A stretch of 64,000 nt of DNA from Methanocella sp. (lineage in GTDB: Archaea > Thermoproteota > Bathyarchaeia > Bathyarchaeales > Bathycorpusculaceae): contig JBLNCY010000006.1 of assembly GCA_050261115.1 (NCBI GenBank), positions 54,599-118,598 on the forward strand. The letters are read 5' to 3'. Under the pieces are notes generated by a model. It had not been told where the DNA came from. It saw only the letters and a program-made list of their open reading frames with translations, and made no database searches. Numbering within the stretch: the first letter of the stretch is position 1; each line of letters opens with the position of its first letter. A program made the translations under genes and the position numbers. Shown here in pieces: positions 47,982-58,355 of the stretch.

Positions 47982-50012
47982 TTAGGTTTTCTTTAGGCAG
48001 CCTTCGCGTGGTTCATACACTGTGCCTTCCCGTAGGAGCTGGCTTATCATGCGTTCGATTTCGCTCTTGGGGATTTTGTGTTTGGTTTCTAGCTCGTTAA
48101 CCAGTGCGTCGCGTTCTACGATGCCTGCGACTTTCTCCATTTCGACGATGGTGGATATGACGATGCCTAGGCGGTCGCGGATGCTCTTGGGGCGTCCAGT
48201 CATGATGAGGTCTATGTCAACTTTAAAGTTAGACATGTCGATGCCCACTTCCTCAAGCGAGCGCTTCATGATAGATATGGCGGCTTCCGCGTCCTCGGGC
48301 GTTACTACCGGTCGCAGCGCAACCCGGGCTCGGGCTTCAGCCACACGCACCAACGACTCCAACTGGCGGGCAGTGATAGCAACAGGCGACCCCTCTGACT
48401 CGCTGGCTGAACGCATAGCTAAGTAGAATTCGCTTAGCCGCTTTAGTGCTTCTTCGCTTAGTTCAGGCTTAACGTTTTTGGCGTAGCTGACGTATTTGCG
48501 GAGTAATTCAGCGTTGACCTGGGCTTCAACGGGGGTTCGGCCGAAGCGGTGCATCTCTAGGATGTGGCGGGACATGCGTCCGTCGGAGTCTTTGTTGGGT
48601 ATGTCTCGGAGGACAAAGATGAGGTCAAAACGTGAGAGAATGGTGACTGGCAAAGAGATGTTTTCTGCTACGGTGCGGTTGGGTTCATATCGGCCAAGGG
48701 ATGGGTTGGCGGCTGCTAAGACGGCAGTGCGGGCGTTTAGGGTGGCGACGATGCCTCCTTTGGCTACGCTTACGGTGTGCTGTTCCATGGCTTCGTGGAT
48801 GGCAACACGGTCCTCGGGGCGCATCTTGTCCATTTCGTCGATACACGCAATGCCCTTATCTGCCAGCACTAGTGCGCCGGCTTCAAGGCTCATGCTTCCG
48901 CCTTTCTCACGCACAACAGCGGCCGTTAAGCCTGCGGCGGTGGTGCCTCGACCCGAAGTGTAGAGTCCACGGGGTGCTAGGCGGCTGATATATTGGAGCA
49001 GCTGCGACTTGGCGGTACCGGGGTCACCGATGATGAGTGCGTTGATTTCGCCTCGGATGTTAACGTCCGGAAGTGACCTTGAGACGCCGCCGAAAAGCAG
49101 GTACATGACGGCTTCTTTTAGGTGCTCATTGCCAAAGATGGAGGGCGCAATGGAGCTTAGGATTTTCTTGTGTACCTGGGGGTCTTTGGATAGTTTGATG
49201 ATTTCGGCTTCCTCTTCGGGGGTCGGCGGTGAAGTTTCGGGTTCTTTGCCTAGGACCTCTATGGAGTTTGCGTCTAGCTGGAGGATGAAGGTGCGTAGTT
49301 TGCCCATGCCCTGCAGTGAGGGTGCAAAGGCGCGCACGATGCCCACAATCGACACGTGGTCGCCGGGGCGTGCTAAGTCAACGATTTCATCACCGATTAG
49401 TTTGACGGCTAGGACACGGGGTAGCTGCCCAGGGGGAAGGTCTTCGGGTTTTTCCTGCAGTCTGAGGTCCTGTGAGTCTATGAATTGTGATTCTTCTTGG
49501 GTGAACTCAAAGGGGCCGTCTCTGCCGCAGTCAGGCGCCATACATATGGAGGGTGCCTTGAGGAATTGGCCGGTCTGTTCAACCATGTTCATGGTGCCAC
49601 AGCGTTTGCATTTGAAGGCGCCGATTTGTACCATGGGACGCACGGGGGTGGCTCGGACAATGATGCCTTCCACCATGACGAGTTTACCCATGTTTCTTGA
49701 GCCGAGCTTGCGAAGCTGCTCTTTGCCCAGCAGCTTAACGACACGAACTATTATTTTGTCGATTTTCTCGGCATATAGGGCGTCTTCGATGCGGAGCTGC
49801 TCAAAGGCGCCTTTGCTTGCGTACTGGAGATACTCCTCGGGTTTAGCTAAGAGCAGTTCTGCGAGGCTTTGGTCAAAGCCGTAGAGCTCCTCAAAATCAA
49901 TCGTCAAAGAGTTCTTGCCGCTGATGGCTAGCTGCGCTATGCGTTGGCGGTACTTCTCTTTTTTGAAGAACTCTTGGAACCGTTGAGTAGGTTCTACAAC
50001 TTCCAGCGTCAC
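47982..50012 (-). CDS. mcm: MCM replicative helicase
   Basis: GDPGTAKSQLL, IDEMDKM, AAANP, SRFD, ITARQLES. Confidence 0.97.
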   Translation of the reverse strand: MTLEVVEPTQRFQEFFKKEKYRQRIAQLAISGKNSLTIDFEELYGFDQSLAELLLAKPEEYLQYASKGAFEQLRIEDALYAEKIDKIIVRVVKLLGKEQLRKLGSRNMGKLVMVEGIIVRATPVRPMVQIGAFKCKRCGTMNMVEQTGQFLKAPSICMAPDCGRDGPFEFTQEESQFIDSQDLRLQEKPEDLPPGQLPRVLAVKLIGDEIVDLARPGDHVSIVGIVRAFAPSLQGMGKLRTFILQLDANSIEVLGKEPETSPPTPEEEAEIIKLSKDPQVHKKILSSIAPSIFGNEHLKEAVMYLLFGGVSRSLPDVNIRGEINALIIGDPGTAKSQLLQYISRLAPRGLYTSGRGTTAAGLTAAVVREKGGSMSLEAGALVLADKGIACIDEMDKMRPEDRVAIHEAMEQHTVSVAKGGIVATLNARTAVLAAANPSLGRYEPNRTVAENISLPVTILSRFDLIFVLRDIPNKDSDGRMSRHILEMHRFGRTPVEAQVNAELLRKYVSYAKNVKPELSEEALKRLSEFYLAMRSASESEGSPVAITARQLESLVRVAEARARVALRPVVTPEDAEAAISIMKRSLEEVGIDMSNFKVDIDLIMTGRPKSIRDRLGIVISTIVEMEKVAGIVERDALVNELETKHKIPKSEIERMISQLLREGTVYEPREGCLKKT

Positions 50013-50572
50013 TGCTTATCTGCTCCATTCTGCAGGATTTTAGCTTTCCAATGCGAAATTAATTTCACAAGCTGGTTGTAGAGGATTTTTTCCTCGGTTG
50101 TTAGTTTGTTTAGGATTTGGTCACTCTGCGCTGGTGCAGCGGATAGAGCGACGATCTTTTTTAGGCGAGAGTTGACGATGTCCCGCGCAAGCTGTCTTGT
50201 GCGATCGTATTCTTGGAATTTCTCGGCTTGCTGAGTTTGGGTGGCTTGCTCTTTTTGCTCTACTAGGAAACGGCGCAGTCTGGGGTAGAAGTCGCTTTGG
50301 AGTTCGCTTATTTGGCCGGGGATTTGGACGCCTTCTTTCCATTGAGCTTTGAATAGTTTAGTGGCGTCAAGTATGTCGTCTTCTCGGAAATGTACCATGC
50401 CGGCAGACGCGAGTTCTTTTGCTACCCAGAAATAAATCTCATACTCGTTGCCTTCATCGAAGGGACCAACGGTTAATCCTGCCAGCTTGATTTCGGGGCA
50501 GTTGCGGTTAGCGATAATTTTCACCATAGAATTCTCAAAGCAGAAATCTAGCGTGCATATTTTCTCCGCCAC
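50009..50572 (-). CDS. gins23: GINS subunit Gins23
   Basis: Coupled upstream of mcm; B domain WVAKEL, A domain DFY..RLKKIV..LTTEEK; GTG start after GGAGG. Confidence 0.85.
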   Translation of the reverse strand: MAEKICTLDFCFENSMVKIIANRNCPEIKLAGLTVGPFDEGNEYEIYFWVAKELASAGMVHFREDDILDATKLFKAQWKEGVQIPGQISELQSDFYPRLRRFLVEQKEQATQTQQAEKFQEYDRTRQLARDIVNSRLKKIVALSAAPAQSDQILNKLTTEEKILYNQLVKLISHWKAKILQNGADKQ

Positions 50573-50799
50573 GTTGTTATCCCTCCCTCTATAGCTACCT
50601 CTTGGGGTTCTCACATATAGCCTAGGTTGTGTAAAAGGGTTGCTAGCGAAAGGATGTTTAAACAAATGTTGAATTCTAGCGCTCTAAGCATTGAACAGCA
50701 CATTTTTTTGTATTAACGATGGATGTCATGCATCAATTTCTATCCTAAAATTCGTTGTAGCCCAGCTAACGCATGACGGGTAGCGTGGTTTTGCTTTTG

Positions 50800-51786
50800 T
50801 TAAAACGTTGACATATGCAGGCTTGGCCCCGGAAACACTGTTGGTGCATCGGTAATCTCTGCTCCGATTATGCGTGTAAAAGGCAGTTTGGCGATTTGAT
50901 CTCTTAGCGTGAAGAAGTCGTTAAAGTCTTTGACTGCACCGAGCACAAAGAGGTCAGCTTCTCCCATAATTTTGGTTATCAAATAAACATACCGCATCTT
51001 TGACAAGCTACTCACTACTGCGTCTACGGTTCCCTGCGATTGAATAGAGATATAAAATGAGGCGTTGGCTTGGAAACCGACCTTTCGGGGATCAATTTGT
51101 ATAACTACTTTGATGACTTTTTTCCTTTTTAGCCGCTCATACCTTCGAATTACTGTATCAACGGAGGTTCCTATTTCTTGGGCTATTTTGCTAAATGGTC
51201 GACGCGCGTTCTTGGATAGGCTATCGATAAGCTGGATATCTATATCATCGAATTCTATGAATTCCTCGGCTCTTTTCCCGTTATTATCAGCTTCTTTTAT
51301 TTGCCCGGGGCATTCTAGAAATAGATTTTCAGGAATATTTTTAATGTCAACCCATAGGTTCGAATTGATGCCTAAGGTGGTTATTGAGGAATATCTTCTG
51401 ATTTTTTCTTTGATCTCCTCGAATTCTTGTACGGTGGTTAAGTAGAGGATGGCGGTGAGGCTGTATTTCTTGTAGCTTGTTAAGATGCTGCCTACGTTTG
51501 GGATTGTATTGAGGTATTTTTTTAGTTTTTCTACGTCTTCTTCGCCTGTGTCGATGGCAATGGTGCCCATGTATCTGATTCCGTAGAATCGGTAGTTTAT
51601 TTGGTTGGTTGCGCCGATTATGATTCCTTGTTTTTTCATTTCCTTGTAGCGTTTTATGATTGTTTCGTAGGGTGTGTTGCATTCTTTGCCGATTTCTACG
51701 AAGCTTTTACGACCATCTTGGAGTAATTGGTTGAGAATTTGTTCGTCTAGCTGGTCAATTATTGGCATGTTATTAGTGCTTTTCAT
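50800..51786 (-). CDS. Tandem Lrp/AsnC family regulator
   Basis: Two Lrp HTH+RAM units (LDEQIL..DGRKSF and DDIDIQLI..NARRPFSKIA). Confidence 0.88.
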   Translation of the reverse strand: MKSTNNMPIIDQLDEQILNQLLQDGRKSFVEIGKECNTPYETIIKRYKEMKKQGIIIGATNQINYRFYGIRYMGTIAIDTGEEDVEKLKKYLNTIPNVGSILTSYKKYSLTAILYLTTVQEFEEIKEKIRRYSSITTLGINSNLWVDIKNIPENLFLECPGQIKEADNNGKRAEEFIEFDDIDIQLIDSLSKNARRPFSKIAQEIGTSVDTVIRRYERLKRKKVIKVVIQIDPRKVGFQANASFYISIQSQGTVDAVVSSLSKMRYVYLITKIMGEADLFVLGAVKDFNDFFTLRDQIAKLPFTRIIGAEITDAPTVFPGPSLHMSTF

Positions 51787-52024
51787 TGTTTTTAGTATTT
51801 ATCCTTTTTTTTCTATTCTTGATTTATTATTTGCGAAACTTTGATTATAGTGCGGTGACAACTATTTTAGGGAGTTAATAATTTGCCTGCTATTTTAAGT
51901 TATGCGAATTATTGTAATGTCCGTTCCTGTTGCGTTGATATTTTTCGCGATTATTCAGTTTTTTATGCGAAATAAATTTAAGTGTCATCAACCTCTCGGT
52001 TGACACCAAATTGGAGAAAAGAAA

Positions 52025-54637
52025 ATGAAAACTCAATCTAGTAAACTGACTGCAATTCTCATCGCAGCCCTGATGCTCGTATCAATCGGTACAGCATTGA
52101 TCTCGACAACCACTGCAGCAACCACACTCGACACATACGCATTCATCACAACAGCACCACACACAGTCGGTGTTGGCCAAAAAATCACCATATACTTCTG
52201 GGTAGACAAAATCTTCCCCAGTGCAGGCATGGCCAATGACTACAGATTCCACGACTGGAAACTAGTCATAACACTCCCAGACAACACAACCGAAACCAAA
52301 ACCTTCGAAACCATTGCCGACACAACCTCAAATCAAGGATACGGATACACACCAACCCAAGTCGGAACCTACCAAGCAACCTTCTACTTCCCAGAAACAT
52401 ACGTTAACAAAACCTCACACAACAGTGCCTTAGCATCCGCAAACGATGTCTACAAAGCAGCCAACGCAACATGCACCTTCACCGTACAAGAAGAACCAAT
52501 CTCAAGCTACCCCGGCAGCTACCCATTACCAACCGAGTACTGGACTCGCCCAATCTACGGAGAGAACCCAGACTGGTACACCATATCTTCAAACTGGCTA
52601 GGTACCGGTGCACCCGGCTACCTCTGGAACAGCATCAACCTAGGTGGCAACGGACAGATTTATCCAACCGATGCAGTTGGCTCATTAACCAACCACATCA
52701 TGTGGACTAAATCCCTCCAAAGCGGCGGTGTCGTCGGTGGAGACCTCTTTGACATCAAAGGCAACACATACTTTGACGGCTCAGCATACTTCGTAAGATA
52801 TGAAAACCCAATCGTCGTCAACGGATACATCTACTACACAGAACCCCTCTCATACACAGCCAAAGCCGGCGGTGACACAGTCTGTGTCGACTTACGCACC
52901 GGTGCAGAAATCTGGCGCAGCTCTGAACTCGGCTGGTCTGGTGCACTCTCATTCGCATTAATCTGGGATGCAGAGAACCCCAACCAACACGGAGTCTACA
53001 ACGCACTTCTAGTCGCAACAAGCGGCTCCACATGGAGATTCTACGATGCAGACACTGGCAAAGCACTCTTCAACGCAACAAACGTTCCAAGCGGCGCAAA
53101 AGCAGCAGGCCCCAACAACGAATACGTAATCTACGTAACACAGAACACAACCGACGGCTGGACCATTTCACAATGGAACTCCACCAACCTATGGTCACAA
53201 GGCGGCACTGGCACCACTGCAAACACTGGCACAGTTAACGCCAACACTGCAGCACGATTTAACTGGGCAAACGTTTCCATAACCTACAACGGCAGAGAAT
53301 TCCTCTCACGTTCACAAAGCTTCCGCGTCCTCTCAGCCCAATACGGTGACTACCTGCTATGCATGAACGGCACCTTCCCATCAACCGGCACCAACTCATT
53401 CATCGGCTCAACTACACCAATCAACGACCCATACACATACTTCCTAGTCAACCTCAACGAATCTAAAGGCGACATCGGCAGAGTCATGTGGTATAACACC
53501 ATCCAGCAGAGCAAGAACGAAACCATCGTTTGGAGCGGCGTTGACACAACAAACCGTGTCTTTGTAGAAAACGTCCGTGAAGAAATCTACTGGGTAGGTT
53601 ACAGCCTTGACACTGGCAAACAGATCTGGACAACCGAAGAGTATCCACAGACAGCAATGGACTACTACGGCAGCCAAGCCTCAGGCAGCTTATCTAACTC
53701 ATACTACAACGGCCGCATGTATAGTGCAGCCTACGGTGGTATAGTTTACTGCTATGACACAACCGACGGATCACTACTCTGGACATATGGCAACGGCGGC
53801 GAAGGCAACAGCACCGACAGCGGCTTTGAAGTTCCTGGCAACTACCCAACCTTCATCAGCGGCTATGGCCAAGACGTCGTCTACACAGTCACCTCTGAAC
53901 ACACAATCCAGACACCCATCTACAAAGGCGCAGTCGCACGTGCAATCAACGCAACCACAGGCGAAGAAATCTGGAAACTCAGCAGCTACTGCAACGAATT
54001 CACCGCACCAGTCTACGCATTAGCAGACGGCTACAACACATGGTTCAACGGCTATGACAACAGTATCTACGTCGTCGGCAGAGGCCCAAGCAAAACCACA
54101 GTCTCCGCACCAGGCGAATCCATCACATTCGGCAAATCCCTAGTCATCACCGGCACAGTTACCGACATATCAGCAGGCGCAAGCCAAAACGAAGTCGCAG
54201 CACGCTTCCCCAACGGTCTCCCAGTTAGCAGCGATGCAAGCATGGAGAACTGGATGGGCTATGTCTACCAAGACAAACCAGCGCCAACCGACTTTAGCGG
54301 TGTCGAAGTAACCATCAACGTCATCGACGCTAACGGCAACTACCGCACCATCGGAACCACCACCACTGACATAAACGGCTTCTACAGTCTACAATGGACC
54401 CCTGACATCGAAGGCAAATACACAGTCATCGCAAACTTTGCAGGCACAAATGGCTACTGGCCCTCAAAGGCAGTAACAGCTTTCGCAGTTGACGAAGCAG
54501 CAGCAACCCCAACACCAGTCCCAACACAGGCGCCATCCGCAGCAGATCTATACTTCATCCCAGCAGTCGCAGCACTCGCAATCATCATGGTAGTTATCGG
54601 CTTAGCGATAATCATGATGATGAAGAAACACCCATAA
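52025..54637 (+). CDS. Large PQQ-type beta-propeller surface (S-layer-like) protein
   Basis: Signal peptide, PLPTEYWTRPI, repeated D..TG..IW, Ig-like C-terminal domain, PT linker, C-terminal TM. Confidence 0.85.
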   Translation: MKTQSSKLTAILIAALMLVSIGTALISTTTAATTLDTYAFITTAPHTVGVGQKITIYFWVDKIFPSAGMANDYRFHDWKLVITLPDNTTETKTFETIADTTSNQGYGYTPTQVGTYQATFYFPETYVNKTSHNSALASANDVYKAANATCTFTVQEEPISSYPGSYPLPTEYWTRPIYGENPDWYTISSNWLGTGAPGYLWNSINLGGNGQIYPTDAVGSLTNHIMWTKSLQSGGVVGGDLFDIKGNTYFDGSAYFVRYENPIVVNGYIYYTEPLSYTAKAGGDTVCVDLRTGAEIWRSSELGWSGALSFALIWDAENPNQHGVYNALLVATSGSTWRFYDADTGKALFNATNVPSGAKAAGPNNEYVIYVTQNTTDGWTISQWNSTNLWSQGGTGTTANTGTVNANTAARFNWANVSITYNGREFLSRSQSFRVLSAQYGDYLLCMNGTFPSTGTNSFIGSTTPINDPYTYFLVNLNESKGDIGRVMWYNTIQQSKNETIVWSGVDTTNRVFVENVREEIYWVGYSLDTGKQIWTTEEYPQTAMDYYGSQASGSLSNSYYNGRMYSAAYGGIVYCYDTTDGSLLWTYGNGGEGNSTDSGFEVPGNYPTFISGYGQDVVYTVTSEHTIQTPIYKGAVARAINATTGEEIWKLSSYCNEFTAPVYALADGYNTWFNGYDNSIYVVGRGPSKTTVSAPGESITFGKSLVITGTVTDISAGASQNEVAARFPNGLPVSSDASMENWMGYVYQDKPAPTDFSGVEVTINVIDANGNYRTIGTTTTDINGFYSLQWTPDIEGKYTVIANFAGTNGYWPSKAVTAFAVDEAAATPTPVPTQAPSAADLYFIPAVAALAIIMVVIGLAIIMMMKKHP

Positions 54638-54681
54638 AAGGAGAGATCGACGATAAACATCATCTCCCCTCCCTTTTTGTT
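54637..54681 (+). terminator. Hairpin/T-rich terminator candidate
   Basis: aaaaggagagat...atctcccctccctttttgttt right after the stop codon. Confidence 0.45.
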
Positions 54682-54904
54682 TAAAAAACTCAGCTTTAAG
54701 CTGGGGCTGAAAGGGCTTTGGACAAACTCTACGATGTGGAACTCATCGTTTTGCATTTTTCTATTCTCCTAAATTGGTTCTCCAAAGCCTCAGCTAACCC
54801 AGCATTAAAGACAAACAAACCCCTAGAACCCTTCTTTGTTGTATAGTTTTGCCGTTACGGTTTTATATCCATCCCCAACCAATACACTGCAGAAGCGAAC
54901 TCTC

Positions 54905-56347
54905 ATGTCAGATACTGGAGTAACCGTAAAGAAGAACACTGACTTTAGCGAATGGTACGTTGAAGTCATCTTAAAAGCAGAACTCGCCGACTACGCACCC
55001 GTCAAGGGTTGCATGATTATCCGCCCTGACGCATATGCTGTTTGGGAGAAAATCCAAGAAGTCGTTAACCAAAAAATCAAAGCAACCGGCCACCGAAACG
55101 CATACTTCCCCATGTTCATCCCCGAAGCCTTCCTGAGGCAGGAAGCCGAGCACTTTGCAGGGTTCACTCCAGAAGTTGCCTGGATCACCCAGGGCGGCGA
55201 CACTCCCCTAGAAGAGAAACTCGCCGTTCGACCAACCAGCGAAACCATCATGTACAGCATGTACAGCAAATGGATCCGCAGCTGGCGCGACCTACCGCTA
55301 AAGATTAACCAGTGGTGTAACGTTGTCCGCTGGGAAACCAAAGCCACCAAACTCTTTTTGCGCACAAGAGAGTTCCTATGGCAAGAAGGCCACACCGCAC
55401 ATGCTACCGCAGAGGAAGCCGCCGCTGAAGTCATGTGGGCCCTAAACATGTACAAAGACGTAATCGAAAACACGCTTGCAATCCCCGTTATTATCGGCAC
55501 TAAGAGCGAGAGCGAGAAATTTGCCGGCGCCCTCTACACCACCGCGCTTGAATCCATCATGCCCGACGGCAAGGCACTACAGATGGGAACCAGCCACAAC
55601 CTTGGCCAGCACTTCGCGAAGGTGTTTGATGTAAAGTACATCGGCGAAGACAAACAGGACCACTACGTTTGGCAGACCAGTTGGGGCATAACTACTCGGC
55701 TCATAGGCGCCATGGTCATGGTACACGGAGACGACAAAGGCCTAATCATGCCACCCAAAGTCGCACCTATCCAAGTCGTCATTGTGCCTATTCCTTTTAA
55801 GGGTCAGGAGGCCGAAGCCATCGCAGCTAAAACCAAAGAAATCCAAGAAGCCCTACGCGCCAAATGCATCACCGTAACTCTTGATGATCGATCTGAGTAC
55901 ACGCCGGGCTGGAAATTTAACCAGTGGGAACTCAAAGGTGTGCCGCTACGCATCGAAGTTGGCCCCCGAGATGTCAAAAATGGGCAATGTGTAATGGTGC
56001 GCAGAGACACAGGTCAGAAAGCCTTCGTTAAAGATGCCGACATCACAGCCACCGCTGAGAAGCTTCTGCAGGAGATACAGGACAACATGCTTGCCAAAGC
56101 CAAAGCCCTCTTAGCCGAGAAAACCACTCTCGTCGCAAACTATGAAGAGTTTAAGCAGGTATGCGAGAGCAAAGGCGGCTTCATCAAGGCCGCTTGGTGT
56201 GGAAGCCCCGAATGTGAAGCTAAAATCAAAGAGGCGACAGGCGCAACCATCCGCGTCCGGCCCTTCCAAAAGGAGGAAGCCCATACCGGCTGCGTATACT
56301 GTGGCAGAGAAGCCGAAGAAATCGTTTACTTCGCAAGATCCTACTAG
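54905..56347 (+). CDS. proS: Prolyl-tRNA synthetase (archaeal/eukaryal type)
   Basis: FSEWY, VRPTSET, FLRTREFLWQEGHT, QTSWG, FARSY. Confidence 0.97.
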   Translation: MSDTGVTVKKNTDFSEWYVEVILKAELADYAPVKGCMIIRPDAYAVWEKIQEVVNQKIKATGHRNAYFPMFIPEAFLRQEAEHFAGFTPEVAWITQGGDTPLEEKLAVRPTSETIMYSMYSKWIRSWRDLPLKINQWCNVVRWETKATKLFLRTREFLWQEGHTAHATAEEAAAEVMWALNMYKDVIENTLAIPVIIGTKSESEKFAGALYTTALESIMPDGKALQMGTSHNLGQHFAKVFDVKYIGEDKQDHYVWQTSWGITTRLIGAMVMVHGDDKGLIMPPKVAPIQVVIVPIPFKGQEAEAIAAKTKEIQEALRAKCITVTLDDRSEYTPGWKFNQWELKGVPLRIEVGPRDVKNGQCVMVRRDTGQKAFVKDADITATAEKLLQEIQDNMLAKAKALLAEKTTLVANYEEFKQVCESKGGFIKAAWCGSPECEAKIKEATGATIRVRPFQKEEAHTGCVYCGREAEEIVYFARSY

Positions 56348-56548
56348 AGCGCTATGCTCTTTTTTTGTGGGCTTGCGCATCTTTCTAAGAATACAACCTT
56401 CAGCCATATTGTAGGTAATTAAGGGCTTTTAGCCTATGTCGGGTTTATCATGTTTCCTTTTATGTTGTTAGCTCTTGGGTATACGCTTCATTTATAAGGA
56501 ATGTTTATTTTTTGGCTGGACAACTCATCTGGAATACAGGTAAGGCAA

Positions 56549-57757
56549 TTGACAAACGTGAGAGCCACCAAACGCGCAAGCGACATTGAGTACGCGATAC
56601 GCGATGTAATCATCCATACAGAGGATCTTATCCGTAAGGGACGCAAAATCTACTATCTAAACATCGGCGACCCCGCCGCTTTTGATTACAAAACACCAGA
56701 CTATGTTAAAGCTGCCCTCTGCAAAGCCATCGAAGAAGATAAAAACTATTATTCTCCCAGCGAAGGCCGGCTTGAACTGCGGGAAGCCATCGTAAGGAAG
56801 GAGAAGAGAGTTAACGACGTCGACATCTCCGCTGATCAAGTCATTATCACTGAAGGCATCTCCGAGGGTATCGAGATGCTTATGGCTGCCATCGTGGAGA
56901 AAGGCGATGAGATCCTCTTCCCGGGCCCCACATATTCCCCCTATATTGCCTACACCAAGTTCTTTGAAGGTACCCCCGTCGCGTATGAAACCATCGAGGA
57001 AGAAGGCTGGGTCCCAAACATTGATGACCTGCGCAAAAAAATCTCATCCAAAACCAAAGCCATAGTCATCACTAACCCAAACAACCCCACAGGTGCAGTC
57101 TACAGCGAAAAGTACCTAAAAGAAATGATAGACATAGCAGGCGAATACAAGCTCCCCATAATCAGTGACGAAATCTACGATCAACTCACCTACGAGAAGC
57201 CCTTTGTATCCACCGCGGCATTAACAGACGACGTGCCCGTAATCGGCTTAAACGGGTTCTCCAAAGTTTACCAAATGACCGGCTGGAGACTCGGCTACAT
57301 GTACTTCAAAGGCAAAGGCCGAGTGCTAGACGACTTACGGTTAGGTGTCGAGAAGCAGTGCCGCATCAGATTATGCGCTAACACGCCGGTGCAAATTGCG
57401 GGTGCAGCAGCACTCAACGGGCCACAAGGTTTTGTGAAGGGCATCGTGGAAAAGCTCAAGCAGCGCCGCGACTATGCCTATAAGCGCCTAAATGAAATCG
57501 AAGGCGTCTCCACCACCAAGCCTGAGGGTGCATTCTATATTTTCCCCAAAATCGCAGACATCGGCGAAGGAAAACGCTGGAAAGACGACATGGACTTTGT
57601 CATCCAGTTGCTTAGAGAGACCGGCGTTTTAATCGTTAACGGCTCAGGGTTCGACCCAATCTATGGCAAAGGCCACGCTAGAATAGTTTTTCTGCCCCCA
57701 ATTGAGGAACTAGAGAAAGCCTTCGACGCTATAGAAAAATTCATGAAAAAACCCTAA
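56549..57757 (+). CDS. Class I/II aminotransferase (alanine aminotransferase-like)
   Basis: IEYAIRD, LNIGDP, NPNNPTG, DEIY, GFSK..TGWRLG. Confidence 0.9.
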   Translation: MTNVRATKRASDIEYAIRDVIIHTEDLIRKGRKIYYLNIGDPAAFDYKTPDYVKAALCKAIEEDKNYYSPSEGRLELREAIVRKEKRVNDVDISADQVIITEGISEGIEMLMAAIVEKGDEILFPGPTYSPYIAYTKFFEGTPVAYETIEEEGWVPNIDDLRKKISSKTKAIVITNPNNPTGAVYSEKYLKEMIDIAGEYKLPIISDEIYDQLTYEKPFVSTAALTDDVPVIGLNGFSKVYQMTGWRLGYMYFKGKGRVLDDLRLGVEKQCRIRLCANTPVQIAGAAALNGPQGFVKGIVEKLKQRRDYAYKRLNEIEGVSTTKPEGAFYIFPKIADIGEGKRWKDDMDFVIQLLRETGVLIVNGSGFDPIYGKGHARIVFLPPIEELEKAFDAIEKFMKKP

Positions 57758-57818
57758 AAAGAGAAACCCGTTAGCCGCATAGCTACGGGTAACTCTTCAT
57801 TCACCAGATTTTTTGTTA

Positions 57819-58197
57819 GATGATAATTGCTTCTTTGACGTTGGAAGTGAGGGTCGCCTGTTAGAATTTTTGCTCGAAGCTTTCGGGCGACTGCTAAGCG
57901 ATAGGCATCAGCTAGCCCGAAGTCCTTTTGGGTTTTCCTCATTTCACAGTGTAATAAGACTGCTTGATAGGGTAGTTCTTCATCGACGTTGACTATGTGG
58001 GAGTTGCTCAAGATGACGTCATAGGCGGGTTTGGGGTCTTGTCCCATGCGGGCAATTTTACTAACTACTTCTCCCAGAGTTACTGCACATGTGTATATTT
58101 CGTTGTCTGCGTCAAGTATTTGGGCTACTTTTTTTCCTTTGGTGCTCCCGATCAGGTATTCGATCCATGCATAGGCGTCTATGGCATGTTTAGTCAT
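57819..58197 (-). pseudogene. vapC: VapC/PIN toxin with 3' frameshift
   Basis: IDAYAWIEY, TLGEV, LADA, TGDPHF; a natural-looking tail NVKEAIII* lies in a shifted frame after ~57843. Confidence 0.7.
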
Positions 58198-58237
58198 GGG
58201 TTGTCAGCTCATCTTCTGCAGTGAAAGGGCCTACGCC
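58190..58237 (-). pseudogene. 3' remnant of a VapB-like antitoxin
   Basis: GVGPFTAEDELTTHD* overlaps the vapC ATG; no start codon or antitoxin-like N-terminus upstream. Confidence 0.5.
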
Positions 58238-58238
58238 A

Positions 58239-58267
58239 AGGGGGCCCCTCGGCAGAGCAACAGAGAC
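58239..58267 (-). repeat. Dispersed intergenic repeat, truncated copy 5
   Basis: tctgttgctctgccgaggggccccct, 22/26 identical to copy 2. Confidence 0.6.
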
Positions 58268-58355
58268 CTCACTCTTTAGGCACTGATAGCGCCAAAAACG
58301 CCACGTTGGGCTAACGCTATATAGTACCTCTAAGTATTTTCACCGTTGAACAGAG

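Noticed and set aside
48022-49884. Long plus-strand ORFs (134, 155 and 291 aa)
   Set aside because: Antisense shadows of mcm with no recognisable motifs.
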